From the NCBI GenBank assembly GCA_040900055.1, contig JBBDZU010000002.1, forward strand, positions 127,725-191,724: a DNA stretch of 64,000 bases, written 5' to 3'. This DNA is from Candidatus Saccharimonadales bacterium. GTDB lineage: Bacteria > Patescibacteriota > Saccharimonadia > Saccharimonadales > UBA10212. Below the pieces are notes generated by a model that did no database searches, had not been told where the DNA came from, and saw only the letters and a program-made list of their open reading frames with translations. Each line of letters starts with the position of its first letter. Within the stretch, counting starts at the first letter, position 1. The position numbers and the translations under genes are program-made. Below are positions 8,783 through 19,237 of the stretch, in pieces.

Positions 8783-9997
8783 TTGCAATATAGGCCCTAT
8801 AATTACCGGCCGCAAGCTCTGCGGCCACCGCCTAAAAAACGCCGGCGAACACGCAAATGGCTTTTGGTTTTACTTTTAGCCGCAAGCGTATTTGGATTAT
8901 ATAAGCTCGTTAGCGGTAGTGCCCTATTGCCCTCGAGCCTAGTAAATATAGCCGACAGCTCTCCCAAGCCGACATCTATAGAAGGCCGCTATTTGTTTAG
9001 CGGTACTATAGTGCTCGATAGGGTAGTGGCTTCTGAAGCTGGCAGTGATTACAGCCAACCTTTTAGCGGTATGGCCAGTTTTGGTGACTTTGATACTGGC
9101 ATAGCCGATTTAGAGTGTCCAGTGACAGACAGTAGCTATCGTTCCGTAAAAGGCCAAGAGCAGCCGCGTTTTAATTGCCAGCCAGACTGGCTGGCAGAAC
9201 TTAAAAAGTATATTGGGGTTATTAAGCTAGCCGGCAACCATACTTACGACATGGGAGCCGATGGCTTTACCGAAACAGTGGAGAGGCTGCAAGCAGCCGG
9301 CATCCAAACCGTTGGGCATCATAACCCCCATATAGAAAAAGATAATTGCAGGGTCGTGGCCATGCCGGTTAGGGTCCAAAAATCGGATAACCAGCAAGAA
9401 AAAGGCACACTGCCTATCGCAATTTGCGCCTTTAACTACAAGATTATCTTTTCACCAGAGCCAGGCGAGGTAGAAGTTATAAAAAGATATGCCAAAATTA
9501 TGCCCGTGATTGGCATGCTGCAGGCAGGCGCCGAATACATAACCACTGCCGGTGCCCAACAGCAAGCCTACGCACGCAAAATTATCGATAACGGCGCGGA
9601 CTTAGTAGTTGCTAATGGTACGCACTATGTCCAAAATAGCGAAGTTTATAAAAATAAATTAATTGTTTACTCTCTAGGTAACTTTATTTTTGACCAAACC
9701 GATTATGAGACTATGCGGTCTGTTGCCATCTCAGTTGATATGGCGGCTAGCTATAACGAAAATGTTAGCAAATGGCTGGCATTAAGTGCCAAATGTAACG
9801 CGCCGGCGAGAGAAGATAATTGCCTAGCAGAGGCCGAAAAACAAGGGCTGACTAAGATTAATTCAAAATTTAAATTTGAGCCAATTGGCAGTAGCGGCGG
9901 TGTGCGCAAAATTACCAAAAAAGCCGATGCTACTTTGCAAAAAGCTATTGAAGAGCGTCTCAACTGGGCGCAAGTAGCCAAGGAACTTGGCCAATAA
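8783..9997 (+). CDS. CapA-family (PGA_cap) metallophosphatase-like protein
   Basis: 404 aa. LAGNHTYDMG...AGIQTVG pattern typical of CapA. N-terminal TM segment. TTG start. Confidence 0.7.
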   Translation: MQYRPYNYRPQALRPPPKKRRRTRKWLLVLLLAASVFGLYKLVSGSALLPSSLVNIADSSPKPTSIEGRYLFSGTIVLDRVVASEAGSDYSQPFSGMASFGDFDTGIADLECPVTDSSYRSVKGQEQPRFNCQPDWLAELKKYIGVIKLAGNHTYDMGADGFTETVERLQAAGIQTVGHHNPHIEKDNCRVVAMPVRVQKSDNQQEKGTLPIAICAFNYKIIFSPEPGEVEVIKRYAKIMPVIGMLQAGAEYITTAGAQQQAYARKIIDNGADLVVANGTHYVQNSEVYKNKLIVYSLGNFIFDQTDYETMRSVAISVDMAASYNENVSKWLALSAKCNAPAREDNCLAEAEKQGLTKINSKFKFEPIGSSGGVRKITKKADATLQKAIEERLNWAQVAKELGQ

Positions 9998-10004
9998 CAC
10001 CGTG

Positions 10005-10355
10005 ATGGACCATAAAACCGTTGAGGAACATATCTTAAGCATGCCAAATGCGCGGCTAGACTATCCTTTTGGACCCAATACGGCAGTTTATAAAGTCGGG
10101 CCGCTGGCCGCTGGGAAAATGTTCGCTATTATCCAAGAAAAAAGTGATCCGGTAAGGCTTAGCTTAAAGTGTGACCCTATGTTGGCCGAAACTTTGCGGG
10201 TCAAGTATGAAACAGTGGTGCCTGGCTACCATCTTAATAAAAAACACTGGAACACCGTTTTATTAACCGGCCAGCTATCTTTCGAAGAGGTTAAAGATTT
10301 GATTCGCCATAGTTACGAACTCGTTACAGCTAGAACTGAGGAGCCGAAAGTATAG
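10005..10355 (+). CDS. MmcQ/YjbR-family protein
   Basis: LDYPFGPNTAVYKV...HLNKKHWNTVLL pattern. The ATG at 10005 is preferred over the TTG at 9987. Confidence 0.65.
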   Translation: MDHKTVEEHILSMPNARLDYPFGPNTAVYKVGPLAAGKMFAIIQEKSDPVRLSLKCDPMLAETLRVKYETVVPGYHLNKKHWNTVLLTGQLSFEEVKDLIRHSYELVTARTEEPKV

Positions 10356-10923
10356 TTTGTATACTACGGCGGGCTTCATCCAGTAGCGGCCGAACATCTT
10401 CTGAGGCATTTTGGCTGGCTGCCGCTAGGGCGGAGTCATAGGCCGTTAGATTTTCGACTAAGTAGGCAATATAGGTGCTATCTAACTGGTTGTTGCTAGC
10501 AGCGCTAGCTAGTTGAGCGTCAATGCTGTTATCTAGGTAACTAGTGGCCTCACCGCTCGCGTATTTGGTTAGCTGGGAGTTATTTGAGGATAAAACACTT
10601 TGAGTAGTTGCGGCTAGGGCTAGGTTAGTGTCACTAAGATCGGCTTTGGCAATTTCGGTCACCCTAACTATTTCGGTAGAGCGTCCTATAGCATCAGCCA
10701 GCGGCTGGCGATTGCCGCCGCTGCCGAAGAAAATTGAATAAATAATGATGAAAGCAAATAAGCCTAAAACTGCACCTAGAATTATTTTGGCGGGCTTTGG
10801 CAGGTTAGGCACTGGCAGTCTAAAACGACCAGGTGGTTTCGATTGGTTATTTAAAATAAAGTTGTATTGGTCGGACGGCAACGGGCCGGGCGATTGGGGA
10901 TTTGTGGTTTGCTGAGGAGGCAT
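10330..10923 (-). CDS. hypothetical membrane-anchored protein
   Basis: 197 aa. Pro-rich N-terminus, one TM segment and an Ala/Ser-rich ectodomain. No family recognised. Confidence 0.45.
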   Translation of the reverse strand: MPPQQTTNPQSPGPLPSDQYNFILNNQSKPPGRFRLPVPNLPKPAKIILGAVLGLFAFIIIYSIFFGSGGNRQPLADAIGRSTEIVRVTEIAKADLSDTNLALAATTQSVLSSNNSQLTKYASGEATSYLDNSIDAQLASAASNNQLDSTYIAYLVENLTAYDSALAAASQNASEDVRPLLDEARRSIQTILSAPQF

Positions 10924-10988
10924 AAAAACTATTATAGCGCTTAGCGCTAATGCTGTAACCGGTTACCCCTAACCTATATACTTACGTT

Positions 10989-12743
10989 ATGGATGCGGTT
11001 AGTGAGGTAAAAAGCCGGCTTAATATTGAGGATGTTGTTGGCCAATATGTCCAACTAAAAAGATCCGGCCGTAACTTTAAGGGCTTAAGCCCCTGGACTA
11101 ACGAAAAAACGCCCAGCTTCATGGTTAGTCCCGAAAAACAAATATGGCACGACTTTAGCAGTGGCAAGGGCGGCGATATGTTTAGCTTTGTGATGGAAGT
11201 GGAAGGCCTGGATTTCAAGGCCGCCTTAGAAATGTTGGCCCGACAAGCCGGCGTAGACATGGACCAATATAAAAGCGCGTCGGCTAAAGTTAGCGGCCAG
11301 TTTAAAGCTAGGGCACAAAGCGCTCTGGAATTGGCCGCCAAGTTTTATCAAAAACAACTAACTGCCAACCAAACAGCCCTAAAGTATCTATTAAAAGACC
11401 GGGGCTTCAGCAAACAAACTTTAATTACTTGGCAGCTAGGCTATTCGCCAAATACGGGGCATGCCGTAAGCGATTTTTTAACCAAAAAAGGCTTTAGTGC
11501 AGATGAAATTAAACGAGCCGGCTTAAGTTTTATGCGCAGCGCCCAGCCCGCCGACATGTTCCGGGGCCGTATTATGATCCCGCTTTGTGACGAGAATTCC
11601 CAAGTTGTGGGCTTTACGGCTAGATTATTAGCCGACGAGCCGGACGCGCCCAAGTACATAAATACCCCTCAAACTGTTACCTACGACAAAGGTCGCCAGG
11701 TTTTTGGCCTGCATTTGGCAAAAGAGGCAATACGAAAAGAAGGCTGCGTGGTGGTGGCTGAAGGTAATTTAGATGTTATTGCCTCTCACCAGGCTGGTGT
11801 AGCTAATGTAGTAGCCAGTGCTGGTACGGCCATGACCGAAATGCACCTAAAGCAGCTTAAACGCTTTACTTCCGACATTCGCCTAAGCTTTGACGCCGAT
11901 AGTGCCGGTATAGCAGCTACCGAGAGGGTTATCCCCCTGGCCCAAAAAGCCGAAGTTAACTTGCGGATAATTGCTATCAAGGGCGCCAAGGACCCCGACG
12001 AGTTAATTAAAAAAGACGTAAAGCTTTGGAAGTCAGCTATTGATAGCGCGGTTTATGCCCCCGACTGGTTAATCGACCGCTATAAATCGGAGTTCGATTT
12101 AAAATCTGCCATGGGTAAGCGAGGCTTTACCGACGCTTTGCTTAACATTATTCGCCGGTTGCGCGACCCGGTAGAGCAAGAGCACTACTTGAAAATTATT
12201 GCCAAACTTACCGACACTACTTTGACGTCAGTCCAGGCTAAATTTGCGCCAACCGAAGCGAGCGAGGCCACTAGGCTTCGAAAAATTAAAATTGATCCAG
12301 CTCTGCCGGATCGGGCAGCTTTGGAATACCAAAGGCTTCAAGATCATTTTTTAGCCATGATGTTGTCTCAGCCAAAATTACGACCTTTACTTGCCGGCCT
12401 TCGAAAAGACTTTTTTAACGAGGGGCCACCTCGCCAATTATTCGAATTAATCAAAAAAGCCCCGCCCCAGCCTGAAAGTCCAAGCAAAGCAGCCGCCAAA
12501 TTAGACAACCTCGGTGATTATGTTAAAATTATCAAGTTACAGTTTGAGGAACTATACCAGGACTTGCCTTTCGGAGATTTAAAGGACCAAGCCACTCGCC
12601 TCAAAACACGTCTATTAGACGCTTACGTTAAAATTCAAAAACGCTCATTGGCCCAAACTATGAAGGTGGCCAAAAATGAAACCCACTTAAAAGAACTAAT
12701 CCATAAAGTTAATAAGTTAAACGAGTTGATATCTAAGCAGTAG
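10989..12743 (+). CDS. dnaG: DNA primase DnaG (zinc-ligand-less zinc-ribbon region)
   Basis: 584 aa. NEKTPSF motif and TOPRIM EGNLDV...DADSAG. The canonical C/H/C/C ligands are replaced by S/T/D/S. Confidence 0.93.
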   Translation: MDAVSEVKSRLNIEDVVGQYVQLKRSGRNFKGLSPWTNEKTPSFMVSPEKQIWHDFSSGKGGDMFSFVMEVEGLDFKAALEMLARQAGVDMDQYKSASAKVSGQFKARAQSALELAAKFYQKQLTANQTALKYLLKDRGFSKQTLITWQLGYSPNTGHAVSDFLTKKGFSADEIKRAGLSFMRSAQPADMFRGRIMIPLCDENSQVVGFTARLLADEPDAPKYINTPQTVTYDKGRQVFGLHLAKEAIRKEGCVVVAEGNLDVIASHQAGVANVVASAGTAMTEMHLKQLKRFTSDIRLSFDADSAGIAATERVIPLAQKAEVNLRIIAIKGAKDPDELIKKDVKLWKSAIDSAVYAPDWLIDRYKSEFDLKSAMGKRGFTDALLNIIRRLRDPVEQEHYLKIIAKLTDTTLTSVQAKFAPTEASEATRLRKIKIDPALPDRAALEYQRLQDHFLAMMLSQPKLRPLLAGLRKDFFNEGPPRQLFELIKKAPPQPESPSKAAAKLDNLGDYVKIIKLQFEELYQDLPFGDLKDQATRLKTRLLDAYVKIQKRSLAQTMKVAKNETHLKELIHKVNKLNELISKQ

Positions 12744-12752
12744 GAAGGTTAA

Positions 12753-13883
12753 ATGGCCAAAAAAGCGACTACAACCAAATCCCCCAGAAGAACTACTCGG
12801 TCGTTTGAAAAAGAAATTGCCTCCCTCGTTGAGCAGGGTAAAAAAGATGGCAAAATCGACCAAAAAGACATCTTTGCTGCTATCCCAGATACTCCGGCCA
12901 ACATCGATGTACTAGACCAGCTTTATGCCGAACTGGCCGAAGGCGAAGTCGAGATAATTGCAGCGGCGGAGCCGCCACCGGAGGGCCTAAGCGATGAGTG
13001 GGCTGTCGATGGCGAAGAGCTAATCACCGACGACAACGCCTATATGGACGATATTGCCGATGATTCGGTGCGACTTTACTTGCGCGAAATAGGTAAGATT
13101 CCACTTTTAACTGCCGAGGAAGAACTAGCCCTAGCCCGGAAAGTAAAATCCGGCGACAAACGCGCCAAAGATGCTATGGCCGAGGCCAATATGCGCCTAG
13201 TTGTTTCAATTGCCAAACGCTACGTGGGCCGCGGGCTAGATTTGCTGGACCTTATCCAAGAAGGTAACACCGGCCTGCTTCGTGCGGTCGAGAAATTTGA
13301 CCCGGACCGAGGTTTTAAATTTAGTACCTACGCCACTTGGTGGATTAGGCAGGCTATAACTCGGGCAATTGCCGACCAAGCCCGGACAATTCGTATTCCG
13401 GTTCACATGGTGGAAACAATCAATAAGCTGCTTAGGACCCAGCGGCGCCTAACTCAAGAACTCAACCGTGAGCCAACTAACGACGAAATTGCTGTAGCCA
13501 TGGAAATGGACGTTGATAAAGTAGAGCACATCATGAAAATTAAGCAGGACATTAGCTCACTTGATGCTAGCGTTCGCGACGACGAAGAAGATTCAGTCTT
13601 GGGTGATTTTATTGAGGATGAAGACGCTAAAACACCAACCGAATCGGCCTCCGAGCAGCTTCTTAAAGAACAAGTTAAACAAATTCTAGGTACTTTAACC
13701 GAGCGGGAACAAAAAATCTTAAAACTGCGCTTTGGCCTAGAAGACGGCAAAAGTCACACCCTAGAAGAAGTTGGTCAGGAATTTAGTGTTACCCGCGAAC
13801 GGATTCGCCAAATTGAAGCCAAAGCTTTAGCTAAATTACGTAAGCACAAAGAAACCCGCCGTCTGCACGAGTACCTGCAGTAA
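12753..13883 (+). CDS. rpoD: RNA polymerase sigma factor RpoD (primary sigma-70)
   Basis: 376 aa. Regions 1.2 to 4 are present ([30 protein letters not shown]). Confidence 0.95.
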   Translation: MAKKATTTKSPRRTTRSFEKEIASLVEQGKKDGKIDQKDIFAAIPDTPANIDVLDQLYAELAEGEVEIIAAAEPPPEGLSDEWAVDGEELITDDNAYMDDIADDSVRLYLREIGKIPLLTAEEELALARKVKSGDKRAKDAMAEANMRLVVSIAKRYVGRGLDLLDLIQEGNTGLLRAVEKFDPDRGFKFSTYATWWIRQAITRAIADQARTIRIPVHMVETINKLLRTQRRLTQELNREPTNDEIAVAMEMDVDKVEHIMKIKQDISSLDASVRDDEEDSVLGDFIEDEDAKTPTESASEQLLKEQVKQILGTLTEREQKILKLRFGLEDGKSHTLEEVGQEFSVTRERIRQIEAKALAKLRKHKETRRLHEYLQ

Positions 13884-13930
13884 AAACTACCATAGCCACC
13901 TTGCTGCCTGGCTTCTATACTCCATAAGTA

Positions 13931-15322
13931 ATGACAGAGTTGATTCTGCCAGGAAAACTAGACTCAGAATATGAGGGGGCCGAAAGGCCCTTTTTAGATT
14001 CAGAAGAGCTAGCATCCAATGAAGAACTAAGGCAGCTACTTGAAGCCGGCAAAAGCCCGGAGACTGTAGCAGTAGTCCTCAAAGAGCTAGGGATTGATGA
14101 TGACAAAATTGCCGAGGTTTATAGCTATCTGGAAGAGGAACAGCAGCCCACTGAAGTTAGAGCTGAAACCGAAGTAAAATATGACCCTCAAACTACAGAC
14201 TCGCTGAAAATTTATTTAAATGAAATAAAAAAACATCCTCTTCTGACCGCGTCCCAAGAAGTTGAGCTCGCCAAACGCATCGAGCGGGGCGACCCCGAAG
14301 CAAAACAAAAGATGATTGAATCTAACCTGCGATTGGTAGTTTCAATTGCTAATAAATACCCAGGGCATATGTCTTTACTTGATCGCATACAAGAGGGCAA
14401 CAAAGGGCTTATACGGGCAGTCGAGAAGTTTGATCACCGTAGAGGCTTTAAATTTAGTACTTATGCGACCTGGTGGATCCGTCAGGCTGTACAAAGAGGA
14501 ATAGCCGATAAAGCAAGGACTATTCGGTTCCCAGTACACATAACAGAACGCCAACAAAAGATAATTAATTCAAGGAGGCGTTTAACCGGGGAGCTTGGCC
14601 GAGAGCCTTCGGTTGAAGAAATAGCCGAAGATATAGGTATGTCGCTAAGAATGGTGACGGCAGTCCTAGAGGCGCCTGAGGCGTCGGTTTCACTGCAAAA
14701 GCCTGTGGGCGAAGAAGGTGAGGCCCAATTTGGTGATTTATTACCCGGGGACGGAGAGGAAGAAATCTTGGAGGCCGTGGAGCAGAAATTACTAGAGCAA
14801 ATAATCGCAGATCACCTAGGTAGTCTGCCGGAAAAATGGCGTGAAGTGATAGAACTCAGGTATGGTCTAAAGGATGGGGAAGAAAGAACTTTAGAAGATA
14901 TCGGGCGGGGGATGGGTTTAACAAAGGAACGAGTCCGGCAAATCGAAACTGAAGCGTTAAAACACTTGGCTAGCTCTGAGCTTAGGGAAAAGATCGAGCC
15001 AAAGGAGGCGGTAGAATTGAAAAAAAGGTTGACTAGTAAAAAAACTGCTATTTTATATCTTAGAGACGGAACAACAATCCAAATGCCCGAACTCTATTAC
15101 GAAATTCTAAGGCGATTATCTACAGGGATGTCTCACTTAAAGGCTGCGCAGGATCTTGGTATGCCACATAGTACTGTTAAAGCACTTGGCCCTAATGGCG
15201 GCAAGGGGTACTACGCTAAGCTTGGTGTTCAGAACGTGGCTGAAGCTAGACAAAAATTTCAACAAGAATTTGTACGGGTCGAATTTAAAGAGGTGGAAGA
15301 AACCGACCAAAAAGAAGCATGA
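13931..15322 (+). CDS. second group-1/2-like sigma-70 factor fused to a C-terminal LuxR/GerE-type HTH
   Basis: 463 aa. Complete regions 1.2-4 ([30 protein letters not shown]). A further ~110 aa contains [27 protein letters not shown]...[12 protein letters not shown]. Confidence 0.85.
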   Translation: MTELILPGKLDSEYEGAERPFLDSEELASNEELRQLLEAGKSPETVAVVLKELGIDDDKIAEVYSYLEEEQQPTEVRAETEVKYDPQTTDSLKIYLNEIKKHPLLTASQEVELAKRIERGDPEAKQKMIESNLRLVVSIANKYPGHMSLLDRIQEGNKGLIRAVEKFDHRRGFKFSTYATWWIRQAVQRGIADKARTIRFPVHITERQQKIINSRRRLTGELGREPSVEEIAEDIGMSLRMVTAVLEAPEASVSLQKPVGEEGEAQFGDLLPGDGEEEILEAVEQKLLEQIIADHLGSLPEKWREVIELRYGLKDGEERTLEDIGRGMGLTKERVRQIETEALKHLASSELREKIEPKEAVELKKRLTSKKTAILYLRDGTTIQMPELYYEILRRLSTGMSHLKAAQDLGMPHSTVKALGPNGGKGYYAKLGVQNVAEARQKFQQEFVRVEFKEVEETDQKEA

Positions 15323-15894
15323 GGCTTATAGGAATAGCGGGGACCGACGGGTCTGGCAAGGATAGCCTTGGCGACATGCTGGTAAAAGGTCACGGCTGGT
15401 TGTTTGTTTCAGTAACCGATATCTTGCGCAGTGAACTTCAAAAGCAAAATATACCGCTCAAACGAGAAAATCTTAGAGCATTAAGTATGCAATTGCGGCG
15501 CGAGCAGGGCCTCGGCGTCTTAATTAATAAAGCCGTTAAAAAATTTGAAAAGCTGAACCAAAGGGAGCAATTTAAGGGTTTAGCTATCGCTAGTCTTCGT
15601 AATCCTGGCGAGGCCGATATGGTGCATGAACTGGGAGGCCAAGTGGTTTGGTTAGATGCTGATCCAAAAGTTAGGTACTTACGTATTGCCCAGCGCCAGC
15701 GGGGCACCGAGGACCAAGTATCTTTCAAAGAATTTCTTGCCGAAGAAAAAATTCAAATGCAAGCCAGTGACGACGAGACGGCCTTAGATTTAGCGGCTGT
15801 AAAAGCTAAAGCAGACATTTTTATAGAAAATAGCGGCGACAATCTGGAGGCATTTATAAAAAAAGCCGAAAAAGCCCTTCAGCCTTACCTCTAA
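15319..15894 (+). CDS. P-loop nucleoside/nucleotide kinase-like protein (CoaE/dNMP-kinase-like)
   Basis: 191 aa. [12 protein letters not shown] Walker A motif. ATGA start/stop overlap with the sigma gene. Confidence 0.5.
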   Translation: MRLIGIAGTDGSGKDSLGDMLVKGHGWLFVSVTDILRSELQKQNIPLKRENLRALSMQLRREQGLGVLINKAVKKFEKLNQREQFKGLAIASLRNPGEADMVHELGGQVVWLDADPKVRYLRIAQRQRGTEDQVSFKEFLAEEKIQMQASDDETALDLAAVKAKADIFIENSGDNLEAFIKKAEKALQPYL

Positions 15895-15929
15895 TAGAAA
15901 AACGGGTCTGCAGGTATACTTAAAGTCAA

Positions 15930-16040
15930 ATGGCGGAGCGAAAAAAGCTAGCAATTATTGACCCCAGCACCACAAACTTGAAGCTACATAATCTGATTGC
16001 AGACTACTCCGCTCAGGTTTTGGTGCGGGGCAAGTGGTAA
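15930..16040 (+). pseudogene. duplicated polA 5' fragment / 36-codon upstream ORF
   Basis: Encodes MAERKKLAIID, identical to PolA residues 1-11, but 9 of the 11 codons carry synonymous differences. The two sequences diverge completely after codon 11. Confidence 0.5.
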
Positions 16041-16046
16041 ATCGAT

Positions 16047-18680
16047 ATGGCAGAACGTAAGAAATTAGCGATAATAGACGGAAAGTCTGTATTCTACAGG
16101 GGATATTATGCTTTGCCCAATCTTTCCACTAAAGAGGGAATACCCACTGGCGGGGTTTATGGTTTTGCCACCATGGCGCTGGAACTTCTTAAAAAACTCA
16201 AACCAGATTATGTTTGTGTAGCTTGGGATAAGCCCAAAACCAACATTCGCGCGCGCTTAAAAATGTACCCGGACTACAAAGCCGGCCGTAAACCAGCACC
16301 ACCAGATTTTTACACACAGATACCTATCCTTCACGACTTATTGGCAGCTTTTAACTGGCCGCTTTATGAACTCGACGATTACGAGGCCGATGACATTATG
16401 GGCACGCTAGCCGTCCAGGCTAGAGCTAAAAACATCGAAACCATGCTAATCACCTCGGATTTAGATGCCCTACAGCTTATTAACGGCCACGTTAAGGTTT
16501 ATGCCCTAAAACGGGGCTTTTCGAACATTGAAGAGTTTCATACCAAAAGTTTTGAGGCCAAGTACGGCCTTAAGGCCAGCCAGTTTTTAGACCTTAAAGC
16601 CTTAAAGGGCGACAGCTCCGACAACATCCCCGGTGTACCAGGCATTGGAGAGAAAACGGCTACCGAACTGCTAAAAACCTACGGCAGCTTGGACGAAATT
16701 TATAAACATTTATCAGAAATTAAACCCACACTTGCTGCCAAGTTAACGGCTGGCAAGGACATGGCCTATTTAAGCAAAGAACTGGGCCGGCTTTGGACAA
16801 ATGCCCCAGTCAAACTAGATTTTGCGGCGATGGATGGCAGCAAAATAGATGTTAAGCATTTGCGGACTTTGTTAGAAGAACTAGAGTTTAGAAGTTTGCT
16901 AAGGGCATTGCCCGAAGGCATGCGTCAAACTGAGCCAGAAGTTAGCCAACTTGGAGGTACAAAATTAAATATTCCCAAAAATACGCTGATTGATTCCGAC
17001 CAAAAATTATCGCAAATAAAATTAAGCAAAGCTGAGATTTTTATTCATTCCCGGGCGGCTGGGCGACACGGCGCTGAGCCCGAGGTTTTACTTTTAGGTT
17101 CAGATGACCGTTGCTATACCCTCGATTTGACTAAGCTCGACCGTTCAAAAGCCGCCGCCATCCTGAGCTCGCCGCTTTCTGCTGCTAGCCTAATCGGCTA
17201 CGATGTTAAATCGGACATTAAAGTTTTAAAGATTCTGGGCATAGAACCAGTAAAAGTTGGCCACGACGTTTTAGTTGGTGCTTTTTTAATAAATCCACTT
17301 TTACGCGCCCAGACTTTAACCGAAATGGCTTCGTCCGCTATAGCCTACGACGGTTTATCGCTGGAAGACTTACCTACAGAAGATTTATTAACTCGCGGAG
17401 CCGAAATTATTGCGGTTATCCGGGAGCTTTACAAAGGCCAGTACTACGCCCTGGGCGAAGCGCCGAAAATTGCCGATTTAGCTAAAAATGTTGAATGGCC
17501 GCTAACCCCGGTACTAGCAGATATGGAGCTAGCTGGTATTAAGTTAGACACCAAATACCTAAAGAAGATTGCGGCTCAGTTAAACGATTCTATATCTGAT
17601 CTTGAGCAAAAGATTTACGGCCACGCCGGTAGTGAGTTTAATATCAGTTCGCCAGTGCAACTGGCCGAAGTACTCTACGTTAAGCTTAATTTGCCTAAAG
17701 CCGGTATTAAAAAAGGCAAAACCGGTTTTTCGACAGCAGCCAGCGAACTAGAAAAATTACGCAATTCCCATCCCATTATCGATTTAATTAGCCAATATCG
17801 CGAGGCTATGAAATTAAAAACCACTTATGTGGATACACTACCGAAGCTAGTTGATGAAAAGTCTAGAGTGCACACTACCTTCAATTTAACGGTCGCTCAA
17901 ACCGGCCGTTTGTCTAGCACTGATCCAAACTTGCAAAATATCCCAGTTCGCACAGAACTTGGCAAAAAAATACGCACTGCCTTTGTAGCAGAGCCGGGCA
18001 ATGTGTTAATCAGTGCCGATTATAGTCAGTTTGAACTTAGGCTAGCTGCAGCTTTATCTGGTGATGAAGATATGACGGCTGCTTTTAACCGCGACGCCGA
18101 TATTCATACTGAAACAGCAGCATTGGTATATGGCATTCCAGCCGCCAAAGTAACTACCGAGCAGCGCTATGCTGCTAAAGCCGTTAACTTTGGCATTATG
18201 TATGGCCAAGGACCGCACGGGCTTTCGGCCGGCACAGGTATGGCCTACGGCGAAGCTCGAGAGTTCATCCGCCGCTATTTTGAAGTTAGACCAAAGCTAA
18301 AACAGTATATAGAAACCCTTCGACAGCAAGCCGAAGAACAGGGTTATGTGGAGAATTTGCTGGGTCGACGCCGGCCGACACCAGATGTGCAGTCATCGAA
18401 CTTTGTGGTTCGTGAAGCAGCTTATCGAGCGGCCATCAATATGCCTTTGCAGGGCAGTGCGGCCGACTTGATGAAAATGGCTATGATCAAAGTTGCCAAG
18501 CAGCTGCCAAAGGGAGCTCAAATGCTGTTGCAAATCCACGACTCGCTAATTGTAGAATGCAAGAAATCCGAGGCTAAAAAAGTAAGCCAGATACTCAAAG
18601 AAACTATGGAAAACGTCTATAAATTGCCGGTTAAACTCACGGCCGATATTCATGTGGGTCAAAATTGGGGCGAACTATGA
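16047..18680 (+). CDS. polA: DNA polymerase I
   Basis: 877 aa. 5'-nuclease domain, 3'-5' exo-like domain, and pol motifs DYSQFELR and QIHDSL. Confidence 0.97.
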   Translation: MAERKKLAIIDGKSVFYRGYYALPNLSTKEGIPTGGVYGFATMALELLKKLKPDYVCVAWDKPKTNIRARLKMYPDYKAGRKPAPPDFYTQIPILHDLLAAFNWPLYELDDYEADDIMGTLAVQARAKNIETMLITSDLDALQLINGHVKVYALKRGFSNIEEFHTKSFEAKYGLKASQFLDLKALKGDSSDNIPGVPGIGEKTATELLKTYGSLDEIYKHLSEIKPTLAAKLTAGKDMAYLSKELGRLWTNAPVKLDFAAMDGSKIDVKHLRTLLEELEFRSLLRALPEGMRQTEPEVSQLGGTKLNIPKNTLIDSDQKLSQIKLSKAEIFIHSRAAGRHGAEPEVLLLGSDDRCYTLDLTKLDRSKAAAILSSPLSAASLIGYDVKSDIKVLKILGIEPVKVGHDVLVGAFLINPLLRAQTLTEMASSAIAYDGLSLEDLPTEDLLTRGAEIIAVIRELYKGQYYALGEAPKIADLAKNVEWPLTPVLADMELAGIKLDTKYLKKIAAQLNDSISDLEQKIYGHAGSEFNISSPVQLAEVLYVKLNLPKAGIKKGKTGFSTAASELEKLRNSHPIIDLISQYREAMKLKTTYVDTLPKLVDEKSRVHTTFNLTVAQTGRLSSTDPNLQNIPVRTELGKKIRTAFVAEPGNVLISADYSQFELRLAAALSGDEDMTAAFNRDADIHTETAALVYGIPAAKVTTEQRYAAKAVNFGIMYGQGPHGLSAGTGMAYGEAREFIRRYFEVRPKLKQYIETLRQQAEEQGYVENLLGRRRPTPDVQSSNFVVREAAYRAAINMPLQGSAADLMKMAMIKVAKQLPKGAQMLLQIHDSLIVECKKSEAKKVSQILKETMENVYKLPVKLTADIHVGQNWGEL

Positions 18681-19237
18681 GCGAGTTCATAGACGTATTA
18701 GACGAGCGAGGACTCAAAACCGGCGAGGTTTTACCTATAGATGAGGTTCATAGGAAAGGACTTTGGCACGGTGTAGCCCATTTATGTGTTTACAACACAG
18801 ATGGTCAAGTACTCCTGCAACTTAGGCACCAGAGCAGATCTTGGGGCGCAAACCAATGGGACTTGGCAGGAGCAGGTCATATTTCTGCAATGGAGACTCC
18901 CGTGGATGGAGCTATCAGAGAAACGCAAGAAGAAATTGGTTTGAGTATCAGAGCGGACAATTTAACTTTGATTGGCGTGACCAAGGCTGTAGATACCATA
19001 CCTGCGAACGGTTTAACGCATAAGGTCCATGAATGGAACTACATTACTGAAAAGGACGTGGAGCCATCTAAATTGGAATTGCAAGACGGGGAAACAATGG
19101 AAGTTAAATGGTTCTCGATTGATAAAGTTCGACAAGACTTAAATGATCCAGAAGCGCTCAAAAAGTATGCTCCTAGGAGTAAGTACTTATATATGCTTTT
19201 TATTGATGCCCTCCATGAAAGACTAAAGCATGGCTAA
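18677..19237 (+). CDS. NUDIX hydrolase (IDI-like subfamily)
   Basis: Nudix box GAGHISAMETPVDGAIRETQEEIGL. ATGA overlap with the polA stop. Confidence 0.85.
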   Translation: MSEFIDVLDERGLKTGEVLPIDEVHRKGLWHGVAHLCVYNTDGQVLLQLRHQSRSWGANQWDLAGAGHISAMETPVDGAIRETQEEIGLSIRADNLTLIGVTKAVDTIPANGLTHKVHEWNYITEKDVEPSKLELQDGETMEVKWFSIDKVRQDLNDPEALKKYAPRSKYLYMLFIDALHERLKHG

